From Eledone cirrhosa (taxonomy: Eukaryota), in contig OZ024752.1 in assembly GCA_964016885.1 (NCBI GenBank), forward strand, positions 2,108,001 to 2,172,000: a DNA stretch of 64,000 nt, given 5' to 3'. The translations under genes and the position numbers were made by a program. The first letter of the stretch is position 1. Each line of letters starts with the position of its first letter. Positions 42,923 through 61,740 of the stretch are shown one piece after another. Under the pieces are notes generated by a model. The model was given only the letters and a program-made list of their open reading frames with translations, made no database searches and was not told the DNA's origin.

Positions 42923-45900
42923 AATAATAATGATTAGAAACATGATTTTGTGTATTCCTGTAGAGAAATACCTGCAGATGTATTACTCAAACATATGAAA
43001 TATTCTAAAAAAAACAGCTTCCAAGATATTTATCTTCTAATACACTAACTAAGAACTACACTTGAAATTCGATGAATAGGCGTAGGTTTGTGCATGTGTG
43101 TTATTATATTTCAATTTACACACAAATAAAACTTTCTTCGACAACAAGCGTTTGTTGATATTATATTTATTGACACCATTGATGCAATTAAAATTTGACA
43201 CTAGTATGGTATAAACGATCAATTTCTATTGAGTTGTACTAAATATCAAAAGATACATTTCTATATAGCAATGTGTGACAATCATATCACTCAAGAAACA
43301 TAATGCATGACAAAAATGTGTTTACGAAAATATATTTCCCAGATAGGCTGCATAGTTCTGTTTTCATACTCGTTAGTTAATATACATACTGAAAAATGTT
43401 GCTCCGAAATATATGATAGTAAGTATGATAAAGCGTAATCACTGGTCGTGTTATCAGATACGATACTCAACAGTTGTTTTTCTGACATTGAAATCAACGA
43501 TATTTACATTCGTCTAATCAATTATTTGAAAGAAAGACAAAGTAAAATTACTGTGAGGAGGATCAAAATTAGTTTTTGAATGTCATGTTTCCACCTGCTT
43601 TTAGAGCATTTAGTTTGAAAATTATAGTTTAAAACTTTCATTTCAGTTGAATAGATTTTGTAACGCCAACTGTGTTGACGTACCTCCCTCAGGGGTTCGG
43701 AGCACAATTATCTGTAAAATTTTCTGTTCGATTTCATAAATCAAAATGTGGTGATGCAATGTTCTTTTGTAAGAAATCAAGAATAATACGGCTAATGGTC
43801 TTGATCGATATTCGATTTTTAAACAAGGAGAGTTCAATATTCGTTTGACCGAAGTTTTTTTTTTCTTTTTGAAGGCTAATGATATGTATTGAGGCATATC
43901 ATATACAGATATTGCAATCTCCCCCGTGGTGACTTGGCTTCAGTAAAGCAATAGAACGTCTCCGAAACAACAGCCCATCATATGACGAAAGTGATATTGC
44001 ACATTAAATATGTTATGAAGAAAAATAATAGAATATGCAAAGCGTGAAGGTACACCAATAAGAAGAATCTAGACCAATTAACAATAAGAACGAAAAAATA
44101 GCATTAGTTTCCCACCACTGACTTTCACGACTAGCATATAGACATACAATCCAAGAGGCATGGCAAAAAACAATTTTTTTTAAAGGAATTATCAGGTAAA
44201 TATCCAATAACTCTCAACAGTTCCGTATTCTGTCATAGGCCATTCACTTCAGATGGTCTGAGTTTCAAATATTGCCAAATCCGACACAACCATTAAGATC
44301 AACTAATGCGCATAGAATGACATTACTGAACTTTAATCTATTGAATTTAATAAATAATTTACTGCGATGTATAAATTGCATTTCTAAATATTCTTCAAAC
44401 TTAGCAGCCTTGTGGAAACATATGCACCTGAATGCAGTCGTATTATATTATGACGTGTCTTGTGATTCGGCGCGTGTGTAGACTGTGTAAGGAAAAGGAA
44501 ATCTTAGTATTGTCCTTAGTGTGGTCAAATCAATGCTCACCGAAGCAAGGTTCATCAGCTTACCTAATTGTAAGTTGAAACTAATTTATTTTGTGAAATA
44601 AAAAAGTGTATGTATTCGATTTACGCTCTGAAAATATAATTATACATTTCGTTGATGCTTTGGTCTCAAACTCGTCTTCGGAAGGTCTTACAAATGGGAT
44701 ATGATATATGCACGTATGTGTTTCTTCTAAATAAAATCAAGCAAAACAGCCAAACCAGCAATCAACACTACCTGAAGATCACCGGTCTGACATAAGTAAA
44801 ATCTAAAATGGAGCTGATGATTCAACATCCCGATACTTACCTGCAAATACACGGAACACATGTTGGATACCGGAAACGTGGTTCTTACCTATATGGAGAA
44901 GGAAATGCATGAGACTGATATCATGGGACTAAATTGAATATTTAACAATATTTCGATGACATTTACATAAAACTAAGACATCTTATTCACAGCGCGACGG
45001 GTCATTTACCAACAGAAGTTCATCATATCCTGACCAAGCATGCGCCGAATGAGAGATTAATCGACAACAATTAATAAACAGCGTTTGCGGGCTACGATTG
45101 TCACTAATTATGACAATATCAACTTCGTCTTTTGCAACATAACGTTCAATGTGAGATATAATTTTACCATTAATTCTAAGATAAAGTCGAACACATACTC
45201 CATTAAGATAACCTATGTGTGGCTTTGGTTCAAACATACCTCACAATCCAAGATAATGTTATCAACGTAATTGCATTGATTCAAGGCCATGTTGAGGAAT
45301 ATAGTCCAACCAGTTTATTAATATCCTGTATGGTATATGAGTTGAAATGTAAAAGGTAAATGGAGTAGACAGGATTTCAAGACATAAAATAATGCAATTT
45401 TTAAGAATGATTTAAATGGAAGTTAAATAAATATTCAAAATAAAAGTAAGCGCTTAGAAGCAAGTTAACACATATCAACAGTAAATATGTTTCACTATTA
45501 ATTTGCAGTTCTCCCATTGTGTAATTCATGTAATATGACAAGAATATATATGAAAACTACGAAAATAATGGCAGCTTTTATAAAACACTACTGAATTGTC
45601 GACAAATAATTGTTTTATATCCTGCAAATAGAATGCTATTTACTACAATTAGAAAACTATTATAAAGTATATGTTTACGCCGAGGAAATTATCGAATAAA
45701 GAATAAGTGAAAATGCTGCCAATAACTTGAGAACAAGATGAAACGAAAATAGAAAGCTGTTTCTCCATTTATGCAAGGCATCTGTTGTAAAAACAGACGC
45801 TCATTAATCAGACAAATTTGAAGATTGTGGAAAAAACAATACGAAAGACAAAAACAATACAGAGATTTCTATTCTTAGATGTTGGCACAAAAGAGCTTCT

Positions 45901-47284
45901 ACATTATTACTAATCAAGAAGACACGTAAACGTATCAAACATAAAACAAAGATCAGTCGGAAGAGACAAAAACAACATAACACTGACGATAAAGACGTTT
46001 TTTTTCAATGCAGAGGAACAAGGGTAAATTTTCAGCGGGGAACTCCACGTATCCTATGAAGATCAGAGAACGCCACTTAATTACAGAACATATACATTCT
46101 TAATAATATTACATTTTTCTATGTAGCATAACATAGCGGAATGTACGTTAGGAAAACGAACAGAAGTGTGAGTTATATATTAAGATCCAATTCAAAATGC
46201 CAAATAAATGCAGATAAAAATATTTCGGCAAGAAAAATTTGGAAAGTAATAGAGTAGTTATTTTCACCCCAGAGTGATGTAAGCGGCACTCGATTTATAT
46301 TACACTCGGAATGACAACAGATGTTCAATAGACAAATAATCCCACATGCATGATTTGGGACTGTATACAAAACAGGAAAATCCTACAAAAAGTGTACAAA
46401 CTATATATTCAATTTTTCAAATATTAACTATGGGAAGGATGTTTAGTGTCTGTAGGATTTACACGTCTTAGACATGCAGTAAGTAGCCGTATTTCTCTTG
46501 GGTTAGAATCAATTCCGCCTTTAAAAATCTTAACACTAGTGATGAGGTAACTGCTAAATTGGGAGGCATTTTGCATTCATAGAATATATTTGTTCTCATT
46601 CGTATTATTGATACTATGGCTGGGTTGTGCCCTTGTGTTTTCTATATATACCGTCTTCGCCATATATTTCTCTCTCGACAGGATTTCATTATGTAGATTC
46701 TTCCATGAAAATTTGTTTGTGAGCTGAGACGTTACAGATTACCGTACACATATTTTAATGAATAGGCTTCTGAGGGTTTTCGAGGAACACGGGTGTTGGA
46801 CGTTTACGTTGGGACTATGTCTAACCTTTTCCAGTAAAGTTTATTTCCTATTCAACATATTCTTAGTAAAATCATTTTGGGTTAAGTTTAAAACATATGT
46901 TGGATTAGAAGAATCATTGTTGCTTTACATTTCGATTTATTTCGTGTTAATATGTGAAGCCTGCTGAGTATATATTCTTTTGTATACAGGTAGAATCGTT
47001 TCAGTTTTGATAAGATATTTTCTGAAATTTACTGAATGTTTTGCGGTGTTGCAAATGAAACTTTCTTCAAGAAAAAATGAACGTTCGCTTTGGCCTTTCC
47101 TTAACTAAATGTTTATGTCCTGTTCTTGCAGCACATAATGAACTACACCCACCAAAGACGACAAAGACATAACATGAATCAGACTACCTTGAACAACTAC
47201 AAAACCTACTATATGTTAAATTTTCTATGGAAATATAACTCAACATGAAATATAACTCAACGTGTTTAAAATAACGAATATTTA

Positions 47285-47490
47285 ACCAGCAATGTAGATT
47301 GTAGGCCAACATACTTTATAACAAGGGGATTACGCTCCGTTACGATCTGAGTTGAAATCCTTCCGAGGTTAGGTGTGCCTTTCATCCTTACAAGGTCGAT
47401 AAAATAAAGTACCGGTAATGAACTGGGGCCGATTTAATTGATTTTTCCTTCCTCGAAAATAGTTGGCCTTGTGCATAAATCAGAAACCAA
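47285..47490 (+). mobile_element. Degenerate SINE
   Basis: ctgagttgaaatccttccgagg...gcctttcatccttacaaggtcgataaaataaagtaccggt..ctggggccgattt...ggccttgtgc. Confidence 0.65.
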
Positions 47491-49631
47491 TATATAATAG
47501 CAATAGCATAGAGGTAATATAAACAATCATGGAATAATTTTCTAAGGAAATTACAAAACACAGTGACAAACAAATCAGTATTAATCGAGAGTATATTGTT
47601 GTCAAGGTCAACTAAGAAATGATTTGACTTTTTAGAATTGTTGATCACAGAATTTTGTCAGGAATATCTAATACAAATATAAAAATCTGAAAATAAAGAT
47701 TTACAGAATTTTTAGACTGAAAGCAAAACACTCGTTGTAAAAATAGATTCCTTACACATGTTAAAAACATCCTGCCGAAAAGTAACCAGGTTCTTACACC
47801 TATACACATTATAGAGAAGTTAGTGCTACTAGCCAGTAACAAATATTACATATTTCAATTTCAATACAATACAAGAAGAAAACGAAGGCGTTCACTGCAG
47901 TGTTCTGCGTTGCCCCGAGAGTACGCAGCACATTAAGAGACATGAATAATAATTATATTTATATTCGCAATGAAACCTCAGTATGCAAACGATTCAATCG
48001 ACTAAGTATGGCGAGAGAACTATGATGAAACCTTAAATATATACGACTAAATATATATGACTATCATATATTGCACTATATATAATAGGCACTAGACACT
48101 TAAGTGTTTTTTATGATATAAACAAAATATATGTGCGTGTGTCGGCTCACATGTGTCTGTGTGTCTGTGTCGGTATGTGTGAATGTGTCTTTGTGTGTAT
48201 ACTTGTGTATAATTATTTTGTATTCTTTGCCATACATATATGAATGTTAGGCACATAACACATTTCTATCATAATAATATTTGGATCTTTTCTGTTTAAA
48301 GAAATAGACATTTAATTTGTCCATCTCTTATAAGAAACATTAACACTCCACCTCAATAAGGAATTATATATTTTGACTTACTAGATATTGGGATGAAGTA
48401 TTTCTTTAGTAGCCTCTTAGAAGGTCATATGAGATAATGGTACGTTGTCACAAAAACTAATGGATAATAACAAAGCAAAGTAAGTATAAAAATCAAAGCA
48501 AACGAACTTTGAAAATTGAGTTAGAAATAGAATCTTTCGCCGTAATCCTTTTCCATTTAGAGGGTTTTAAAATCCACAAACAAGCTAATTTCTTTAGTCA
48601 AAATTACCGCGAATGCTGGTATTTCTTACTTAACGGATAATGATTTTGTGTATTTGTTTCTGATGATATGTCATGTCAGGCAGGTTTAATGGAAGCTGAA
48701 CAATAACAGAAGTGCCTTACATCATCCAGCATCAATTTATATATTGTTACGAAATTAGTAAATAAATCAAAGCAATCACAAGATTACCAAGTTGCTATGT
48801 TTAACAGTAACGTCATAAGTTATTTTATATAAAGGTGTTCTAATTGAAGTAGAAGGTCGAATCATACCACGTCCCAGCCACAGTACCACGAAAATAAAAG
48901 AATATGATAATGCATGCAACTTTTGTCTATCGTTCCATTGCTTCTAGTATTTCAACAGATTTTATGGCAAACCGCTTTATATTATGACTACACAAGCTGA
49001 ACGACAAACCACATTTTAATAACCCTACCGACGTCATGCGATATAGTTTATAATTGTAACGGCCTTTATTCAGTTCTGAAGGAAGTTCAACAACATTAGA
49101 AACAAGTTTTTATGACAATACTGATAATAAAGGCTAGATTCAATCGTAAAACAGTCAGGTGATGTTGACCATTTAAAGAAGATGATTTTATTACCGTTGA
49201 ATATGTTCTGATCAAGTTGTCCCAGAAACGGTAAGTAAGTGTATATGACAATACTACGAATTAATGTAGTAAGACTTAATCATTGAATAACACTGAATTC
49301 TCCATCACCTTGAGCCTACCGCTGAATTTAGCACTAAATGGATGACCAAGTGAAAATCGAGACTATATTGCTCCAAGTTTATGAACACCATTTTATTGAT
49401 ATTTACAACTCTTTATCTGTTTACTCTTTAACGCATCGTTACATTCCCCTTCCTATTACAATAGCCTATAGTTTCTCAACTTCTCATTGTGTCACATTCA
49501 TTTTTATATCTACTGCTGTGCCAATGTCTCTGTAAATGAAAACTCAAAATGATTGCCTACTTCCACGTCAAGGAAATATCTCAAACTACATATAACTAGA
49601 AACATGTGACCAATTTTACGTTTAAATAATA

Positions 49632-49658
49632 ACACACACACACACACAAACACACACA

Positions 49659-49719
<61 letters not shown>

Positions 49720-49767
49720 ACACACACACACATACACACACACACAAACACGAACACACCCACACAC

Positions 49768-49802
<35 letters not shown>
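49632..49802. repeat. (CA)n plus (TA)n microsatellite
   Basis: Direct reading. Confidence 0.95.
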
Positions 49803-49803
<1 letters not shown>

Positions 49804-50050
49804 CTAGGGCGGGTAAAATTTCCCGAGATCCATGGACGAGTTCTCTCCAGCAGTCTCTGTCCCTCATTCTCGATGCCATGTCCTGCGTCTCCAACAGACC
49901 AGTGTCTATCCTTACGGCATCAACTTACGTTAACCTTGGTCTCCCTCTTCCAGTGTGTCCATGTAGGGGCTGCCACAGGAGCACTGAGTGCAATCTCAAC
50001 TCTAGCTGTCGGTGAGCATGTCCAGCCAACCTCAGTCTCCTCTGTGTCAC
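49804..50050 (-). mobile_element. RTE-like LINE 3' end (family 2)
   Basis: Homologous to 19761-19955 ([16 protein letters not shown]). Confidence 0.75.
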
Positions 50051-50689
50051 TTTAATTTTGAAGTTGTTAGGCAAGGTTTCCTATCTGAAGACATGTTTTG
50101 AAACAGATATTGTTAGACTTTGGTAGGGTCATGCTGCCAATAAAAATACCCGCCCTTCGGTTTTCACTTTAACTTATCATACATTTCTGGATGTTTGGCT
50201 GGTTGGTTTGTTCGCTGGTTCAATAACCGGATTTTTGTTTATATATTGCCAAAGTCTTTCATCACACATTATGTGACCTCCTCAGTGACTAGGTTTTTTA
50301 TTTTGTGTAAGATGGTGTATGAAAAAACGAAGGAGAAACCCTCCCGAAGTATAACAATATATATATATATATATGAGCATATATATGTATGTGTGTGTAT
50401 GTATCATATATGTCTGGATGTTCTATGCATGTACGTTTGAACGTGCGTATGTATGTGTATATTTATTTTCTGGATCGGTGTAATTATGGAGTACTAATAG
50501 CCAAATGAAATGTTTAAAATACTGAATTGAAATAAAAAATGAATTATATATACATACGATATAATACAAATATAATTTTCTAATATATTTCTCAAATCTT
50601 ATCCACAGAATATGTATATAAAAACAGATTAATGCAAGTGGAGTTACATATTTACAAAGAAGAATAACATGCATTTAGTGCCTATAAAT

Positions 50690-50782
<93 letters not shown>

Positions 50783-51377
50783 GAAAGGTATAGAAAACAC
50801 TGCAGCGAAAAGCCAACAGCACTTCATAATATATAAGTGACTATAGCGTCAAAATGGGAAAAATAGTTAACGTAAGATGTGGGAAAAATAATTCAAACTC
50901 ATCTCAAAGGGAATCAGGATATAAATTCATCCACAGAATTTAGTGAAATCCAGAGAAAAATCAATAGAGCCTTAACTCATGATAAAATAAAGTTTAACAT
51001 ACTCATCCTTCAATTTGGAAAAACTTCAAATGCTCTGTATAGTCTTAAAGACTATTTCAAGAAAACTTTCAGTGGAGATGGTCACGGTTGGAATTCAATC
51101 CTCAGCAGAGCTCAACTCGATAACCAGGATTCTCAAAGATTAATATGCCGAAAAGGGAATTTTAAAACAGGCTAGTTTACCATCATGCATGATTATGAAA
51201 AACGCACATGAGGAAACACATGGCTAGTGACGTCAGAATGAGACGAATGTTTGTTTACAAGAAATAACAGCAACAACATTCCGAAAAAAACTCTACAATA
51301 AGGAGTTCAGCACAAAGCAATATTATCGCAGTTTTTTATAAAAAAAAAATATATATATATATATATATGTGTATATG

Positions 51378-51433
<56 letters not shown>

Positions 51434-51473
51434 AATATATATATATATGTATATATATATATGTATGTATATG

Positions 51474-51847
<374 letters not shown>

Positions 51848-52005
51848 GAAGTGACAACTGATTCTACATTTGCTATCGAATACTTGCTAACATTATATGA
51901 TTACGCAAGCAGCGATACATAGGTATTCGGTCTGTTACAGAAACATATGTCAATACCTAATAAATTCCTTTTTTAACAAAAGCACTTTCATTTTATATTC
52001 ATCCT

Positions 52006-53250
<1,245 letters not shown>

Positions 53251-53412
53251 TAGTTATGGCAAATCGCTTTACCTACATAGAGCAATCTTTTTCCCTGGAC
53301 ATGGAGTCATATGACTCCAGTTCTTCAGTGAATTAAAACCCAACAAGGAACTGGACATATCAGAGTATTGACAATATTATACACCTAAATAACATATGTA
53401 CTTGTCTATACC

Positions 53413-53630
53413 ATACTAATTCAAACTGCCTGAAGAGGTCACAGCCAAAGATGGCTGTCACTGAAATATATATAGCAGTAATAAACGAAGCTAAATTTTA
53501 ATCATTGGCTTTTATTTAACTTTATTTTACACTACTCCGGAGTAACCAAACCAACCTGCGCACCTCGTCGAGTGCTCCAGCCTGCATACTGAGGTGTTGT
53601 TATACAACCAACATAAACTTAAAATCTAAA
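53413..53630 (+). mobile_element. pLTR of the 7.7 kb family with HHR at 53425-53479
   Basis: Near-identical to 7781-7997; actgc CTGAAGA...GAAA tatata TA gcagt. Confidence 0.82.
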
Positions 53631-53644
53631 TCTATATATATATT

Positions 53645-53915
53645 TATGCAAAAATTTTATTTAAAATTGTTGGGTTACAACGAGTAAATATTTTATAACT
53701 GATATAAAAGCACTCAACAGTTTTTGGAGTATTTTACGATATAAAACAAATGGAAACTACATTTATAAAACCATATTTATTTCATTATATATATTTCAGG
53801 GATATCATATTAAAAATATGGTATGCCCTCTTCAGATAAAATACAATATATAAACAGTTTTATAAATAAATTTGACATACCTTAGAATTTTACAACTTCC
53901 ATTTAAAAAGTTGTT
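53645..53915 (-). mobile_element. pLTR of the 11.7 kb family with HHR at 53779-53842
   Basis: Minus: attttat CTGAAGA gggcataccatatt..aatatgatatccct GAAA tatata TA atgaaat. Confidence 0.8.
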
Positions 53916-53932
53916 ATATATATATATATATG

Positions 53933-54020
<88 letters not shown>

Positions 54021-54054
54021 CATATATATTTATATATATATATACATACATATA

Positions 54055-54091
<37 letters not shown>

Positions 54092-54126
54092 AAAAATATA
54101 TATGTATGTATATATATATATAAATA

Positions 54127-54205
<79 letters not shown>

Positions 54206-54242
54206 ATATATATATATATGTATGTATATATATATATATATG

Positions 54243-54282
<40 letters not shown>

Positions 54283-54283
54283 C

Positions 54284-54401
<118 letters not shown>

Positions 54402-54417
54402 ATATATATATATATGT

Positions 54418-54682
54418 ATAAGAACAAAAGATGGTTAAAAGAGTTCCATGTATTTTATTATGCGCATTTCAAAAACAAATATCATCATGCAATAATATTT
54501 GTGTTTTCAGCAGGTAAAACAGGAAGACATGATATGAAGATTAAAAAACACTTGTGGATAGTGCAGTTTTAAATCAACATACTTTTGTTCTTATACATTA
54601 TATATACTCCAGTCCTACAAACTGTAGAGTGCTTCTTATCCAATATCTGCATTTCTTTATTGTACTACAATAAAACTCACCT

Positions 54683-54685
<3 letters not shown>
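54418..54685. mobile_element. Rearranged pLTR of the Naiad-type family (26.2 kb); HHR with CTGCTGA mutation at 54453-54519 (-)
   Basis: 54420-54580 matches 26265-26425; 54585-54685 is the reverse complement of 26171-26272. Confidence 0.8.
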
Positions 54686-56890
<2,205 letters not shown>

Positions 56891-56892
56891 CT

Positions 56893-57210
56893 AGAGACCC
56901 ACAATATTATCTTCTCTAACCGTAACCTACTTAATAAAAAATCTGAAGTGTTTGCAACTTGCCAGCACCGCTTCAGACATTCCTTCCAAAACTTTAAGCC
57001 CAATATATAGCAATGTCGCACTTGAACCAAACACCACCTCTAGCATCAAACACCAGGATCACACCTTATACCACATACCCAACACTCACTGATCTAATAT
57101 AACACAAACAGCGACATCCCTCTAGAACCCTTCGCAGGGCGAATACCCATATGTACCTCTACTTTAGGTGTGACAACATCCACCCACTTGAACTGCACTA
57201 CACCGCTCTA
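56893..57210 (+). mobile_element. Naiad-type PLE extreme C-terminus and 3' UTR
   Basis: [31 protein letters not shown] resembles EKFTIISNLESIINRRSDLFSICLHKF. Confidence 0.6.
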
Positions 57211-57765
57211 TAGGTAAGTTAAGTATGAATTGATTGTCTTGTTAGTGTTGTGCGGAGGAAGTGCCATCGCTGGACAGATGAAAAACGAATTAATCTAGTA
57301 ACGCTGATGAGCAGTATGACCGGTACGCTGAGTGCAGGGAATGAATGTATTGCAAGTGGCGTATGGGTTGTACATATATGGATGATTTGATGGTCAGATT
57401 GGGGTACAAGGACTGCGGATTGACCTCTGGTCAGCCCTGGTGATGATTATCTTTCGACATCCAATGTAGCAAGCGGTGACCCAGAACTTACCAGAGATCA
57501 TTGTGTGTTGAAGTGATTCTACAATCACTGCGCCTCGTCCTTTGAGTAGACTGCAACCACAGAGGTCATTAATTTAGAATCCTCACTCGTCGTATATAAT
57601 ATTCATTTGTGGCACTCAACGATGGGGGTTAATCACCATAATAATACGAACACCTTCAGCACAACTTAATAGACTACTCTATAGTTAAAACACTTTAAAT
57701 TTTAGAAATTTTTTAGAAATTGCGCATAACCATAGAAGTTAGGGTCTATTTTGTGACACATTTTA

Positions 57766-58549
57766 ATAGTTAGTAATAAAACCTCGGAGTTACCTCCCCT
57801 CACGCATTAACTCGCCTTAGCCACACACACACTTCCGGGTAGTATTTCGATGTCGATTCTCGAAACGTAACATCCTCCTGTATTGAACTAAAGAACATCA
57901 GACTACGATTCACTAACTGGATTGTCAAACGCTCAATACCGAATCGTCGTGGATTATGTAGGGGCATATAATCTGAAAAATACACTCCCCAAACTATGAA
58001 AATGTCGAAGTACATGAAGTCAATCTCATCCCTTCGCTGCGCATTTCCAATATTTTTAATATTTTTAATGCTTGCACTATTTTTAACGCTTATATTATTT
58101 CTCCACACACAGACTATAACAATCATATAAAGAATTTGTCACCAGATCAACCAACCTAACACTCTTGTTTACCTACTTAAGTGCTTCTACTACACGGAAC
58201 TCTCTGCCACACTATATAAGCAAGACGCATGTGCTTGCCACACATATAACCTTTGCACTATATAACCGCTTATTTTCATGTTGTATTTTAACCTGTATTT
58301 TTGATTGTATTTTTGATTGTATCTTTTAATATGAATGTAATCACTAAGTGTGTACTGCCACTCTAAATGCTGTAATGAATGTTGACCCACAATATTTGCA
58401 TATGTATCTGTATGTCTCTTGGGTCAAAAGGAGGTCATATAATTGTTCATTCATTAATACATTGCTCCGAAGAATCCAAACCTCGGTTTGGAGGAAACAG
58501 TTGTAAGCATAAAAATGTTTTGAACAGTTCTTTGATTCTTATAATTCAT
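57766..58549 (+). mobile_element. Second copy of the 10.2 kb repeat with U4C HHR at 58463-58509
   Basis: Sequence match to 10217-10997. Confidence 0.78.
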
Positions 58550-58626
58550 ATATATATATATATATACATATGTATATATATATATACATACATACATATA
58601 TATATATATATATGTATATACATACA

Positions 58627-58714
<88 letters not shown>

Positions 58715-58715
58715 C

Positions 58716-58796
<81 letters not shown>

Positions 58797-58797
58797 C

Positions 58798-58834
<37 letters not shown>

Positions 58835-60324
58835 CATACATACATACACTCATACATACATATATATATATATATATACATACATACATACATACATATA
58901 TATATTCATATTCATGTATCAAAGCGTGACCTCTGTGAGCGCATGTAGTGAAACATACGTAAGAGTGTTACGGTTTGTGGAGGGAAATATGAGCGGCAGA
59001 GTTTGGGTGAGTTACAATCAAGATTATTAAACTTTCTTAATGGTTACTCCTGAATAACCTACTGCTTTCTTAACACCGTTTGTTGATTTTCAGCGTTCAC
59101 TTCTTTAACTTCATGCCATCCTCTATTAACTGTTATATAACTGCTAATACCCCAGCAATATTTCACTTCCGAGTCTTAAAAATATATTTTCTTCGTTCAT
59201 CTCTGCCAGAAGAAATACTACAATAAGAAATAACCCAACTGTAATTTCCAGAATGTAAGCATCATTGCTGATACCTGCCAAATATCATGACGCCTGCAAA
59301 GTTTATGGACACTTTTTTTGTCATATTCTGTTTATTAGCCCATAAATAACACATTCTCATACAAATGCCATGCAATACACCGTTAATTTTATTGATTATT
59401 AAATAGATAGTTGTGTACATATATAATAAAATGTATAGATAGATATGAAACGTGATATATTATGTTATATAAAGATGAATTATTTTCATTGATTCTTTGA
59501 TATGAAACATTTGAAGATGTTACAAGTAATTGTTAAGATAATAAAGAAAGTATATAGATTCGCGATCTGAAATATAATAGGCTAAAACAAAACCGTATTC
59601 ATTCATTCGGATCAAGTTGATTTATTATATTATCTCGCTATGAATTATGAATGTAAGGTTAAGTTTGAGAGGATGAAATAATTATTTAAGATAATATGAG
59701 AAACGAAGTTATGAATGGCAGGGCTAGAATTGCAAATAATTTGGGGTCATTTCCACCCAGATATATGTGCTGAAGCTATATTCCTCTGTCATTTTAGTAT
59801 GTTATATGATGCTTAAGCTGATGTTGATGTTACAAATTGTTCCCTTCTAGATTCAACTGGCCTCCTTTAATGACAAGGAAACTTCATGTACGTTTTCCCG
59901 TAAAATGTATTGGGACTAGTATCCCGAAAGCACAATGTCTCAACACGATATCTGCATTGTGTTTGGCTTGCTAGAGATTTCTCTAATACATTATATTGGG
60001 CAATTAGTATATTTATCAGCAAAGAAATGATGAAAACCAGGCCTGATTACTGTGGTAATTGACGCTAGATTAGTAAGAGTAAAAATAAGCAATGCAAGGA
60101 GTTTAACGCTCTAAAATATCCTCTAATTAACCGCCTTACAAGGAACTCAGATTATTTCAGTTTAAGCGGTCCTAACCTTAAAAAATAATGATTTATGAGA
60201 TAAAATTTGGGCTCTAGATTTATTCTGTTTATCGTAGGTGTTCTACTTATGATTACATCATGTACTACTAATTTTCCTCCTAATGGTTTTCCTAGGCAAC
60301 TATAACTTGATAGATAGATAGATT

Positions 60325-61740
60325 GATATATTTCTTTATTTGCCACAAGAGCGAACATTACAAGACGTTACGGTTGGGGGTTTACATAAACTTTTTAACA
60401 ATAATGGATGAGAATAAATAATATATAAAATTAAAATAAATAATCGAAATCCCCAACAAGTGGAACGTTACTGCGGGGTTGTTTTACACCCCGTGGACAG
60501 CGCAACACTCAACACCAAGAGCACGTGTTGTAGGTGTTCTCCCTCATCCCTCTGTTTGTCTTCCTCAACCTACAGGTTTATTATATACATTCACTCACCT
60601 TTATGTGAATTTTCTGGGGTCATTTGCACGTCAGCCTCCATTCTACCCTTCCTTCTGAAGTCGTACTTAAAGCAGGAGATGAAAGGTGTTTGCCCTCAGT
60701 CTTTTAACCTCGTCCACCATATTACCTCTTTCGCCATAGATACCGGATAGAGGAAAACCACCTATCCTTCATTCTTAAATGAAGGCGGCGAAGTGATCCT
60801 CACGATGGACTCGGCTGACAACTGCATGTGTCCCACACATGATAGTTCGACATAATTCCACTGGTCGGTCACCCTTGGGCACTGAACAATTGCGTGTAGG
60901 ACGGTTTCAATGTCCTGCTCGCATCGTCGACAGGCCCTTTTGGCAGTATCTCCGCCAGGACGTCCATGCCTGTAGATTTTGTCTCGAACTGGTAAAGCTG
61001 CTTGGTAGCCATGCCAGGTCAGAGAAATCTGGAAGTTACCCATAGGCCCTGGATGGAAAGTCCTCCCGAACAGACTGGTTAGTTCGCCTATTCGATGCCA
61101 TGAGTTTCCCCGAGAACGTCGTCGCACTTATTCTCCTCTAATCCCCTAGAGAATGTCGAGGTGGAGTCTCTGCTGATTGCCGTTTCCGCTTGGTAGAGGG
61201 CTGTGAGCGTCTGAAGGCACTCCTGGTGCCAGGTGCCCATTTTCGGTTTCGCTTGACCGAGGACTGCAGCTCAGTTAGTGAGACGAGTTGTGGAAGAGCT
61301 CGTATCACAAATGAGAGCCACACCTGTTCGCCGGTCAGGATTACCTGAAGATGGTGTAGCCTCGACCTGTCTTTACGCATCACCAGCCACGGCATGCCCA
61401 GTCCTCCGTTAGAAGGGGGTTGGCAGCAGATGGAACTCTTCACCAATGGAGCATGTCTCTTCCAGAGAGACATGAATAGTAGACTTCCATTTTGGTGAGG
61501 TGTTCGCGGGGACAAGGCACTACTGTCAAGCGGTAGTAGATGACGGACGCTATGTAAGTGTTCGGCAGCTCCGCTCGACATTTCAGGGTGAGTGCAAACA
61601 CATTCGCCATGACCTCGTTCCAGTCCTTGTCCCCCTGGATGTCTGGAGCAAACCAGACTCTGAGCAATTTCACCAGTCCTTCCGTCCAGCGTCACATAGT
61701 TGGAAGCTTCTTCCAAATATTGGGACTTTTGCGAAATGTC
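60325..61740 (-). pseudogene. Degraded L1/Tx1-clade LINE ORF2 3' part
   Basis: KLLRVWF, GGLGMP, AALPVRDKI...CRRCEQDIETVLHAIVQCP (zf-RVT-like CCHC); AATAAA-like end near 60335. Confidence 0.75.

Noticed and set aside
42423-47842. Short 60-86 aa ORFs in the unique region as host exons
   Set aside because: No recognisable homology or consistent exon chain
50879-51175. 98 aa ORF and nearby TGACGTCA (CRE) motif at 51228
   Set aside because: No recognisable domain or splice context; a single 8-mer is expected by chance in 64 kb
53280-53335. Minus-strand CTGAAGA plus hairpin plus GAAA
   Set aside because: No stem I/UH could be formed; at best a decayed HHR
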